A DNA stretch of 44,011 nucleotides from Bacteroidia bacterium (GTDB lineage: Bacteria > Bacteroidota > Bacteroidia > AKYH767-A > OLB10): contig DATEMK010000564.1 in NCBI GenBank assembly GCA_035275625.1, positions 1 through 44,011 on the forward strand, in the 5' to 3' direction. Under the pieces are notes generated by a model. It ran no database searches. It was given only the letters and a program-made list of their open reading frames with translations, and was not told where the DNA came from. A program made the translations under genes and the position numbers. Shown piece after piece: positions 19,404-29,500 of this stretch (positions are counted from its first letter, which is position 1; every line of letters begins with the position of its first letter).

Positions 19404-20522
19404 ATGAAAAAACTTCTGCTCCTCGCATCATTCATTTTTGCTTTAACAGGAAAAAATTTCGGACAGGCAGGGATTAAGCATATCCTGCTTGAAGAATTTT
19501 CCACAGCTCCCTGTGGCTTTTGCCCTGACGGGGATTTAGTGGCCGCGCAATTAATCATTGACCATCCCCAGGTCTTCTGGGTTACGCACCACGCAGGTTT
19601 CGGAACAGATTCCATGACGGTTCCTGAAAGCATTACTATAGCCAATGCATTTACCACATTTGCACCGGGAGCAACAATAGACAGGGGTGATTACCCGATT
19701 CCTGTTTATACATCCCCGCCTTATATTGCTATCTCGCGCCAAAAATGGGACAGTGTTTGCGTGGCTCATTTGAATGATCCCCCGGTGGTTGATGTGTTCA
19801 TCACAAATCAATATGACTCGGTCACACGCCTGTTAAACTGTACGGTTGATGCTTCGTTTTTAACAACACCTGCACCTGGAGATTTACGTTTGAATTTATT
19901 TCTCGTTGAAGACAGTGTAACGGGATTTGGTTTCGGGTATGATCAGACAAATTATTATAACACTGCTGTCGGGCATCCATATTACGGAGCCGGAGACCCG
20001 ATAGTGGGTTATGTACATCACCGGGTGATTCGCAAAGTGCAAACAGGCGCATGGGGCATGACAGGAGTGATTCCGAACTCACCTCTTGCAGGAAACACTT
20101 ACTCGCACACCTTTACAAATATTCCAGTCCCTGCTTCCTGGAAAGATTTTGATATGGACGTTATTGCCTTTGTTTCCTATTATAACCCAAGCGCAAATCT
20201 CCGGCAGATTATTAATTCCAATCAGAAAAAATTAACAGATGTTTCTACAAATGTAAATGTTGTTGATAATAATCCTTCCTCTCAGATTTCTGTTTATCCA
20301 AATCCAGCGTCAGATAAAATTTATATCAGCCTGGTAAAAAAACAAAATTCAGAAAGCAAAATCATTGTTACTGATTTTTCCGGCAAGGAAGTTTTGATCT
20401 CTTCGTTACAGCAAAACAATTCCATAATCGAAACAAAAAATATTTCAGACGGGATTTACTTTTACAAAGTAATTTCAGGAAATGAAATGATTGGCAGGGG
20501 GAAAATTGTGGTGGTGCATTAA
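19404..20522 (+). CDS. Omp28-related secreted protein with a T9SS C-terminal sorting domain
   Basis: Signal peptide, EEFSTAPCGFCPDG motif, and C-terminus SVYPNPASDKIYI...GIYFYKV...GKIVVVH. Confidence 0.7.
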   Translation: MKKLLLLASFIFALTGKNFGQAGIKHILLEEFSTAPCGFCPDGDLVAAQLIIDHPQVFWVTHHAGFGTDSMTVPESITIANAFTTFAPGATIDRGDYPIPVYTSPPYIAISRQKWDSVCVAHLNDPPVVDVFITNQYDSVTRLLNCTVDASFLTTPAPGDLRLNLFLVEDSVTGFGFGYDQTNYYNTAVGHPYYGAGDPIVGYVHHRVIRKVQTGAWGMTGVIPNSPLAGNTYSHTFTNIPVPASWKDFDMDVIAFVSYYNPSANLRQIINSNQKKLTDVSTNVNVVDNNPSSQISVYPNPASDKIYISLVKKQNSESKIIVTDFSGKEVLISSLQQNNSIIETKNISDGIYFYKVISGNEMIGRGKIVVVH

Positions 20523-20551
20523 TAACAATTTTATCAGCCGTTACTTGTCAA

Positions 20552-20992
20552 ATGCTTAAAGAAACACTCATTGAAATTTTTGAGCGTGATTTGCTTCAAT
20601 TGAAAAAAGAAATTGAAGGCTATTCTGATGAAAATAAATTATGGATTGTTAAAGATGGGATCAGCAATTCTGCCGGAAATTTATGTTTACATTTAACCGG
20701 CAACCTGAATCATTTCATAGGAGCCACGCTTGGCAATACGGGATATATAAGAAACCGTGACAATGAATTCTCATTAAAAAATATTCCCCGAAAAGATTTG
20801 CTTCAGGATATTGATAAAACAATTTCAGTGGTAAAAGACACCTTAAACAAAATGCCCCCGGGTGATTTTGAGAAAACCTACCCGCTTGAAAAACACGGAA
20901 AAATCGTAACCACAGATTTTATGCTGCTTCACCTTGTAACGCATTTCAACTATCATTTAGGCCAGATCAATTACCACCGGAGGATGATATAG
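20552..20992 (+). CDS. DinB-family (DinB_2/DUF1572-like) four-helix-bundle protein
   Basis: His triad context HLTGNLNHF ... HLVTHFNYHLGQINYHRR. Confidence 0.78.
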   Translation: MLKETLIEIFERDLLQLKKEIEGYSDENKLWIVKDGISNSAGNLCLHLTGNLNHFIGATLGNTGYIRNRDNEFSLKNIPRKDLLQDIDKTISVVKDTLNKMPPGDFEKTYPLEKHGKIVTTDFMLLHLVTHFNYHLGQINYHRRMI

Positions 20993-21502
20993 TTATTCTG
21001 CTTTGCAAACAATAATATTGGCAAGTCCTTTTATATTTCTCTTCCCTGTTTTAATGTCGCTGGTAGTCAGCAGCAATATCCGGTTCTCCATTTCGCTAAT
21101 AACTTTTCCGTCTTTTTCTGTAACGATGTACATATTATTGCCCGTTTCGGTATTGTAAATTTCATTGAAGGAATACACGATGGTGTATCCGTCAGAAGCA
21201 ACAAATTTAAAATAGAACTCATTTAACATGCGCGGAGTTTCATATAGAAAGGCAACACTGTCTAAAATGTCTTTCAACAGGACAGCTTTCACTTCTTTTG
21301 CCACTTCCTTTTGCTTTGCAGTACAGCTTGTATTTATATTTTGCAGTGTTATGCTTTTATAATTTTTTAAATCGGCAAGTGCGATTGTTTTTTCGTTTTT
21401 CACTTTGCCGGATATTTTAAATGCATCGGTAGGTTCAATGTCTGTTTGAGCAAACGTTATCCGGGCAATAAAGAATAAAATGACAATACTTATGTTTCTC
21501 AT
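20993..21502 (-). CDS. Hypothetical secreted protein
   Basis: Signal peptide MRNISIVILFFIARITFAQ; no confident family. Confidence 0.5.
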   Translation of the reverse strand: MRNISIVILFFIARITFAQTDIEPTDAFKISGKVKNEKTIALADLKNYKSITLQNINTSCTAKQKEVAKEVKAVLLKDILDSVAFLYETPRMLNEFYFKFVASDGYTIVYSFNEIYNTETGNNMYIVTEKDGKVISEMENRILLLTTSDIKTGKRNIKGLANIIVCKAE

Positions 21503-21559
21503 TTCCCCGAAGATTTTTTCTGGAAGCGGAAAGGTAGGAAAAATAATTCCCCGGGCGAA

Positions 21560-22468
21560 TTAATCTTTAGAAAAATAATCCAGGTTCTGGTAAACACCCG
21601 AAGCTTCTTTTACAAGCTGCATGAGCAGATCATTTGCAAGAGAGCTGGCGCCAAAACGAAAGTAATCAGGAGAGAGCCAGGCATTTCCCAGGGTTTCTTT
21701 TAAGACAACAAGGTATTGCAAAGCCAGCTTCGCAGTTGCAATCCCGCCAGCAGGTTTCATCCCGATCATTTTTCCTTCTTTATAATAAAAATCGCGAATA
21801 GCTTCGAGCATTACTAACGTAACAGGCAGCGTAGCCGCAGGCTGAATTTTCCCGGTGGATGTTTTAATAAAATCAGCGCCTGCATGCATGGCAATGTCGC
21901 TTGCCAGGCGAACGTTATCAAGGGTGCTTAGTTCACCGGTTTCTAAAATCACTTTGAGATGCGCCTCGCCACACGCTTCTTTCACTGCCGCTATTTCATC
22001 AAATACAAAATTGTAATCCCCGTTCAGGAATTTCCCTCTCGAAATCACCATGTCTATTTCATCAGCTCCTTCATTTACAGCAAATTTTGTTTCCTCTAAT
22101 TTTACTTTCCTGGTTGACATGCCGCTCGGGAATGCAGTTGCAACTGCCGCCACTTTTACTTTGCTTCCTTTCAAAGCTTCTTTTGCCACACGAACTAAGT
22201 TCGGATACACACATACGGCAGCTGCAGATGGAATATCCGGGAATGATTCATGAGGACGCAGAGCTTTGGCGCAAAGCTGCCGCACCTTTCCGGGGGTATC
22301 GCGCGCTTCAAGCGTGGTGAGGTCCATCATGCTGATTGCCATTTTCAACCCGGCCACTTTCGATTCTTTTTTAATGCTGCGCTTTGTCAAACGCGAAACC
22401 CGCTCTTCCACCCCGGTCTGGTCAATGGGAACAATGTCTATTGCGTTTAAATTAAAAGTTGTGTTCAT
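21560..22468 (-). CDS. deoC: Deoxyribose-phosphate aldolase (long, DERA-like form)
   Basis: DMVI, KVILETGEL, and the Schiff-base lysine context FIKTSTGK. Confidence 0.9.
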   Translation of the reverse strand: MNTTFNLNAIDIVPIDQTGVEERVSRLTKRSIKKESKVAGLKMAISMMDLTTLEARDTPGKVRQLCAKALRPHESFPDIPSAAAVCVYPNLVRVAKEALKGSKVKVAAVATAFPSGMSTRKVKLEETKFAVNEGADEIDMVISRGKFLNGDYNFVFDEIAAVKEACGEAHLKVILETGELSTLDNVRLASDIAMHAGADFIKTSTGKIQPAATLPVTLVMLEAIRDFYYKEGKMIGMKPAGGIATAKLALQYLVVLKETLGNAWLSPDYFRFGASSLANDLLMQLVKEASGVYQNLDYFSKD

Positions 22469-22620
22469 GGTTTAAGGGTTTAACGTTTATGCCGTCCCGA
22501 TAACTATCGGGATCGGGAAAGTCAAAGGTTACCGGCAGGTTTTAAATCAGGTTTATTTTTATCAAAGTTAGAAAAATTGTATTAAAGAATACGAATTAAG
22601 AAGCTCCTTAAAATTTTTGC

Positions 22621-23022
22621 TCAGAGTCCGAACCCAAAAAGTTTCAGTTCTTTTCTCTTCAGGTAATTGTTGATGATAATTCCCAAGATGCATCCTGTAA
22701 CATTTGCAATTAAATCAAACCAGCTTCCGGTGCGGTCTGCCAGGCAATAGTTCTGCATCAGTTCCAGCAAGCCACCATAAATAACAGAAAATAAAAAAAT
22801 AAGAGTAAGCGTATGCACATTTAAAAAAGAGAACCGGGTTTGTCTTTTAAAGCCGCGTATAAGCAGCAGCGTTAATATAATGAATAAAAAAGCGTGAATG
22901 ATTTTATCTATTGAAAGCAGGTCTGTCCACCTATAGTGAGGAATGGCGGACCCGGGAAGAACACAAAGAATTAAAATAAGAATCGCCCAAAGTATTCCGG
23001 CAATATTATGACGAAGAAACAT
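22621..23022 (-). CDS. VanZ-family membrane protein
   Basis: 4 TM helices, with the DKIIHAFLF and C-terminal D...N..G patterns of VanZ-like proteins. Confidence 0.75.
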   Translation of the reverse strand: MFLRHNIAGILWAILILILCVLPGSAIPHYRWTDLLSIDKIIHAFLFIILTLLLIRGFKRQTRFSFLNVHTLTLIFLFSVIYGGLLELMQNYCLADRTGSWFDLIANVTGCILGIIINNYLKRKELKLFGFGL

Positions 23023-23025
23023 GCA

Positions 23026-23412
23026 TCATGCTTTCGGTGTAATGAGCGCCTTGTATTCATCTGCTTTCAGCAGGCTGCTCACTTCTGAGGGATTGGTTAT
23101 TTTTATTTTTATCATCCACCCATTGCCGTAAGGATCCTTATTCACAGAGTCAGGCTGCGAGTCAAGTCCGGAATTCAGTTCAAGCACTTCACCTGACAAA
23201 GGCATAAAAAGATCAGAAACAGTTTTTACCGCCTCGACCGTTCCAAAAACGGCTTCTTTGTCGAGGATTTCACCGATGGTATCTGCCTCCACGTATACAA
23301 TGTCTCCCAGTTCGCTTTGGGCAAAATCAGTAATGCCTATTACAGCATGATCGCCTTCTATGCGAATCCATTCATGTTCTTTTGTATAAAGCAGGTCGTC
23401 AGGTATGTTCAT
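23026..23412 (-). CDS. gcvH: Glycine cleavage system protein H
   Basis: Lipoyl-lysine motif VEAVKTVSDLFMPLSGEV; 128 aa. Confidence 0.95.
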   Translation of the reverse strand: MNIPDDLLYTKEHEWIRIEGDHAVIGITDFAQSELGDIVYVEADTIGEILDKEAVFGTVEAVKTVSDLFMPLSGEVLELNSGLDSQPDSVNKDPYGNGWMIKIKITNPSEVSSLLKADEYKALITPKA

Positions 23413-23501
23413 GATAGTTAGTTTGAAGTTTAAAATTAGATATTAGAAAATCAATTTTTGCTATTCGTAAATTCGAATTGATTCGTATTCGTTGATGATG
23501 A

Positions 23502-26500
23502 TTATTGCGCTAATGTAAACCGCAGAATGAATCCGAATTCTGTGCTTGTGTTTGGAAACGAAGTAGAAATGAGCGGTGTAGTTCCGTCTCTTTTGAAATA
23601 TGCTTTAATATTAAATCGTTCACTTACTGCGTAATCAGCGCCAATATCAAAACTATAAGATTTCAGTCCCGCTGTAGGCTGATCTATTTGTTCCTGGAGC
23701 TTTCGCAAAATGGTGGTATTCTTTCTGAAAGAAACATCAGCCGTAATATTCAGATCATTGTTCATGGACTGCTGTTTTCCTGCAATCTTTAATTTGAATT
23801 TGGGCTTAAAGCGATAGCCGGCCCCGATAGTAAGTTCCGTTCCCTTGATTTCGGTCAGCTGAATACCTGCGAAATCTAAGGACAGGTTGCGGTCTCTTTT
23901 AAATTCAACCCGTGTGGATAATGTATTTTTATTGACTTTCCATCCGATATCAATTCCTAACAGCGGGCTGAACTCTTCGGTAATTGAAATCTGCCCGAAT
24001 TCATAGCGCGATATAAAATTATTTACCTGGTCACGCGCACTTCCGTCCTGTTTGAACAGCAGGCTTGTTGCATACGTATTAATGCTGTACGATGAACGGT
24101 AACCATGGGTTAAGCTCACATTTTGAAATAGTTTTTTAGCAAAAGCCAATTTGGATAATCCGTCATACGTAATGCGCCAGTTCGGCAAGGGAGTTGATGG
24201 AAACGGATTCAGGCTGATCTTGTTTGCATCTTTTCCCGAGTAGGCAGAAAGAAAAGCGAAGGTGAGCACCTGCTGTGATGTGGCTCCAAACCCGTCACGA
24301 TATACATCTGTACTATCAAATCCATTTGACAATGAGTTTTGCTCTGCAAGTCTTTTGGATATTATCCTCCGGTTCTCGTTAAACTTATTAAACACATCAG
24401 AAGTATAATCTTTATTATCCTTTGTGAAAGCCGTATTTATAGTAAGCCACGAGATGCTGAAATTTCCTGCATCAATCGAACTGAAAGAATTAAATCCTTC
24501 TTCTCCGGTCAATGTTTTGAAATAACGGAAATACTCAGAATGATTTTGCGCACGGCTTCTCATTGCATTAAGCTCAATACGCAAGCCGGATGCGGGTTCG
24601 ATGGTGCTTCGCAATGTTAAATTCCGTGTCAGGGTATTGGTGAACTGGTTATTCATAGTAGAGTCACGCGTAATCCACCTGTTATTTGCCGCCCTGTATT
24701 TAAACAGGGAATCCTGCTGGCCAAATACAAATCCCCATCCCGGTGCAGGTCCGCCACTGTAAAGGTCTTGTCCCAACAACTCGGATGTTCGTATATAACC
24801 CGGTAATAATGTTCCCTTTGTTTCAGTATAATTAAGCGTGAAATTTTTTATACTTAAAAATACTTTTGCAATACCTCTTACCACGGCCCCGTATTCTTTT
24901 TCTTTTGGCACTGGCGGTTTCTTAACTGTTGCCGAATCTTTCGGTGCATTTTCATCCACCTTCGGTTTAGGCTGTGCTTTTGGTTTTGGTTTTGGAGGAC
25001 TTAATAATTTTTTGAATAAAGGAACTTTATTATACAACGAGGAAAATGTGAATGTTCCGTTTACCTGTTTGCTATTTGAATTTTGAATGGTATTTCCCAG
25101 TGCGGGATTAATCCGGGGCGCTAATGAAACCGGGTCATAGATCAGGGAAGAAGCGGTCCAGTGGTAATCAAAACCGTAGCGCGTGTTCACACTCACCCAA
25201 TCGGTGATGGGTAACTTGTTTAAAGGAACATTATAAGAAAGATTTCCCGAATGGTGATAATCGGTATTGCGTCCGCCTCTCCAGAAGTTTGACCACATAG
25301 AGTCTCTTTTTGCCGGAGTATCCAGCCGTCCGGGCGGTTCATCAATGCGTGCAATATTGTTTGCATCAAAATCAAACTTCAAAGATTTTGTCAGGTCCCA
25401 TGTGAGGGCATATTGACGCGACATCAAAAACCGCTTATCATAAGTAGGCGGGGGAGCGAACTGATCGTCATTTATATTTCTGAGCTTGAGTTCACCGTAA
25501 TGCCTGTTCACATCGGTTCGGAAGCTGAAGTTGGAAGGGATAAAATTGATATTGAAATCTTTTATTGGCTTTGCATATTTTGATTTGAACCCTTTGGATT
25601 TTGCAAACGGAGAAAATCCTTTTGCCGTTGAAAAATAGTTGTAGCCGATAGCGGCAAGATAATCTTTCTGCAAATCATATTCAGTGTTCACATTTCTCCT
25701 GTAAATTTCACTGTACCCATAGGTAAAATTAAAATTCTCGATGTCATAGACATGAGATTTTGTGGCGTTCCCTGTTTTATTTTTCCTGACGTTAGTAAAA
25801 TTGTAGCTATTTCTTCGTGTGTAATCCTGCGTTATTTTTTTCAGTTCATTTCGCTGGGCATCGTCCGGAAGATTATCCAGCGCATCATTAAATCTCACGT
25901 CAGGATCAAGCGGGTTGTAATAAGGATTTGCAATGGCTTTTGAATAGCCAATATAAAAAGGAATAGAAAGACCGATTTTCTGAGGAAAGAATTTTCCCAG
26001 CTCCAATGATGATGCAATATCGTATTGCTCCCTGTTATCCTGCTGCCGTTCATTTATTTTACTTTCAAGCGGACCAAAACCATACGTGCTTTTTGCTCCG
26101 GAAATTGTCACATTACCCAGATCAGCTAATTTAGCCTGTACCCGTGCAGTTGCTGCCCATCCGCCTTTTTCATTGAAATTGGTCATGCGTAATTCGTTGA
26201 CCCATATTTCCACACATTTTGGTTGTCCATCATCATCCGGGCTGTAAGGATTAAAAAATGTAGCATCAGGATTTTTTATACCGATCATTATTGACTTAAC
26301 ATTACTTAAACTTGGGTTACCAACAACACGGATTAATCTTCCATTACCATCAATAACTGTATCAGGAATTGAATATAATGTGGTATTAAAATTAACTTTT
26401 TTATCTCGTGCAAGTTTGTAATTAACCAATGCTGCAATCTCAATATCCAACTCATTTGCCGTTGGCCAGATTCCTTCAGCGCTGGTAGTGCCGGGAGTTG

Positions 26501-29500
26501 TTAATTTTAATGGGATATTATATTCATAGTAATTTGCGCTGAAATCGGTTCCGAGACGAACAAAGACAACGGCATCATTATCCCTCGTTGTTGTTGCACA
26601 TTGACCGCAGCCCCATTCTTCAGCATGAATAAACATTTTTATATTCTTATAATTCCGCACATCAAACTGGGTGGATTTGTATGCCGCGCGTGATTCTCCA
26701 TCCGGCATATTGCATACTTTTATTGCCAGCGATTGTTCATTTAATTGCTGGTTATTGGTCGTACCAACATTTATTTCTCTTTCAATTCCCGGTGGTATAA
26801 CATAAGGGATAGGTGAGCGTTTTCCGTTTTCCTCCAGGTTTACCACCGTTACATCAAAATCGAAGGCCTGTAAATCCAAAGATATTGATTGATCCTGAAG
26901 GTCAATCGGGAAACCATACCTTCTCCATTCTCCTCTTAAAAATTCCAATTTCCCAAAGCGTAATATTACCGGATTTTCCCATTCTCTCATATACATGCGA
27001 ACAAAGTTTACGGATTTTAAATTAGCTCCATGGTTTATAAGAATTGCATCCGGATCATTGATGGGAATTTTGAATTGATACCATTTAACAGTTCTGCCAA
27101 GTCCATCAGGAGTTTGTGCAGGATTAGATGTAGAATCCACCACATATTTCCAGGATGAAGATGGCAGGCTGAAATCTATTTCATATTCATTATAACTTTC
27201 ATCCTGGTCTGTCTGGAAATCCCTGTTGATATCTTCATTATCAGGAATAGTAGTGGCTGAAATAGAATAACCTTCCGGTGTATCTGAATTTGAGTTGCCC
27301 TCAGTGCCATTGTATTTTTTATAACGGTCAAGAACGCCAAGAGAAAGATTATCAAAATCAGAGCCGCGGAAATAATGAAAGTCATCCGATGAAGGATCCC
27401 GCTGAGCAGTATCTATTACGGCAGTTGATGCACCGAAAGCATTCAGCCTGTCCAGGAATGACTGTTGAAAAAATGATTGTTCCTGTGTTGTGGATAATCC
27501 GTCCAGGCCCACATCCTGCAATTTTCTTGAAGCAGGATCATTGTCAAAGGCGTTTAGTAAATATTCGGTTGTCGGAAATAATCCCCATGAGCTGGTATCC
27601 ACTGAAAAGTTATTTGTTGCTGCGGGCAAACCGTTTTCAAAAAACTGCTGACCATCACTTAAAATATCTTCTGAAATATTCCCCAGGTCAAAGTACAATT
27701 TTCCACCATCCTTGTCTAAGCTTTCATTATTTTTAGGGTCCATTATCCAAAACTGGATAAACTGTACGTTCGAGGATTCAAAATCGCTGGTTTCAATTCT
27801 TCGCATAATTCCGCCCCACCTGCTTTTATGATTAAGCAATTCTCCTGTAGTTGGACTTATACCCGCTGATATTGATGTTGGTTCAACATCATAATTATAA
27901 GGACCACGTTCGCCAGGGTAAAATGCCAGGTTAAGAACCGATAATTCTGTCTGAACATTATTTGGATTTTCTTTGTTTGGAAAAATTTCGTTTTCAAGAA
28001 CTGCTCTTACGTTATTGTTAGAAAGTTCGGCATTGGAAATATTGGGTGGCAGCAGGCTGGCGTTAGCCCTGTAAAAAACGGAAGGATCAATCGTGTACCA
28101 TGCAAATTTTGCGCGGTTGAAGCCATATCGCAGACTGTCAATAAACATTCCCTGCGTTTCTTCAAATCTGCCCGGTATTCCCTGGGGAGTGCTTGCTAAA
28201 AACCAGGTGTTCGCATTGCGAATATCAATGGTTGACTGGCTGCCTTCGAAGTCATCAATATAAGCATTGCCCCCGCTTCCAATGGCGCTTGAATGTCCGG
28301 GGATTAACTGTGCAAATTCACCGGAAACGGTAACCGTTGATTTTTCTTTTGTTGCAAGAAAAGGCAGCTTGTCCACCCATTTGGTGATGAACCGTGAATC
28401 CGTTCTGTATGTTCCGTCAACTCCCCAGATAGTATTTGAAATGGGCTCATCACCGATATTTACTTTTTGAGTGATGGGGCGTTCATTGAGATGAAGGTAG
28501 GTTCCTCCAACGGTAAAATCCTTTGAAATAGCATAGTCGAACCTGGCGCCTAATAGCGTTTTGGACTGTATGCTGAATAAGGATTGGCTCTCCACAGAAA
28601 CTTGAATGGGAGTATTTGATGCAAGGATACCCGCATTGATAATTTTAACGCGCCCTAAATTATAATCAACTGTAAAGTCAGTGTTCTCTGTCAGAGGCAC
28701 TCCCCCGGCTGTAACGGTAACCGAACCCTGCGGGATATTAATTGCGTTCAGTGAAATTTCAGCACCGCTTGCGCTCTGGTAGCTTCCTGCAATGCTGAAT
28801 TTATTTTTTATGGCAAACTGTTGCGCAACTGTAAGTGTGGAATCATATAATTCCTGGTAAATATATTTTGAGGATGGCCCTGCCGGGGTTTGATCATTAA
28901 ACTTAGATTTCAGGTAACTTCCGAATGGTTCTCTTTCAGGAAAAATAATTCTGCCGTTTTGTGTATTAATGGTAATGCCCTCTACAAAATCAAACACGCC
29001 ATCTCCACCTGCATCCCCATTAGAATTAAGTGTATCCAGGCCAAAAATCTTGATCAGCGGATTCCCGTTTATAAAAGATTCTGTTGCACCAGCGGAAATG
29101 TATCTTTTCTTCTTGCCTCCGTCAGCATCATCGGCATATAGCACATCGAGCTTGAAATTTTCCTTTTGGATCTGGTACCCGTTGAGCGAATAAATATTTT
29201 TCATCATCAGATCCCACGTAGGCAACTCAGGGATTTGAGACTTACTTCGAATCAGCTTTAATATTAAAGTATTCGGTGGCTCCACACCCGAAGTGCTTAA
29301 TTCACCTACCCGGTAAACAGTGTTTCCGATTGTGTATTCAAAAGCTACCGCAATGGCTTCGTCAGGATTTAAAGCAGAGTTAAGTGAAATATATCCTAAC
29401 CGCGGATTGAAAACGTATTCTGTAGATTCTAATTTTTTTGCATTCCTGATGACCACATAATCCTGCTGCGCGTCAAAATTGGTCGGGGCACTGCTTAATC

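Noticed and set aside
23413-23501. Glycine riboswitch upstream of gcvH.
   Set aside because: The spacer is only about 90 nt of AT-rich stutter-like sequence, without the conserved GGAGAG...CACCG cores.
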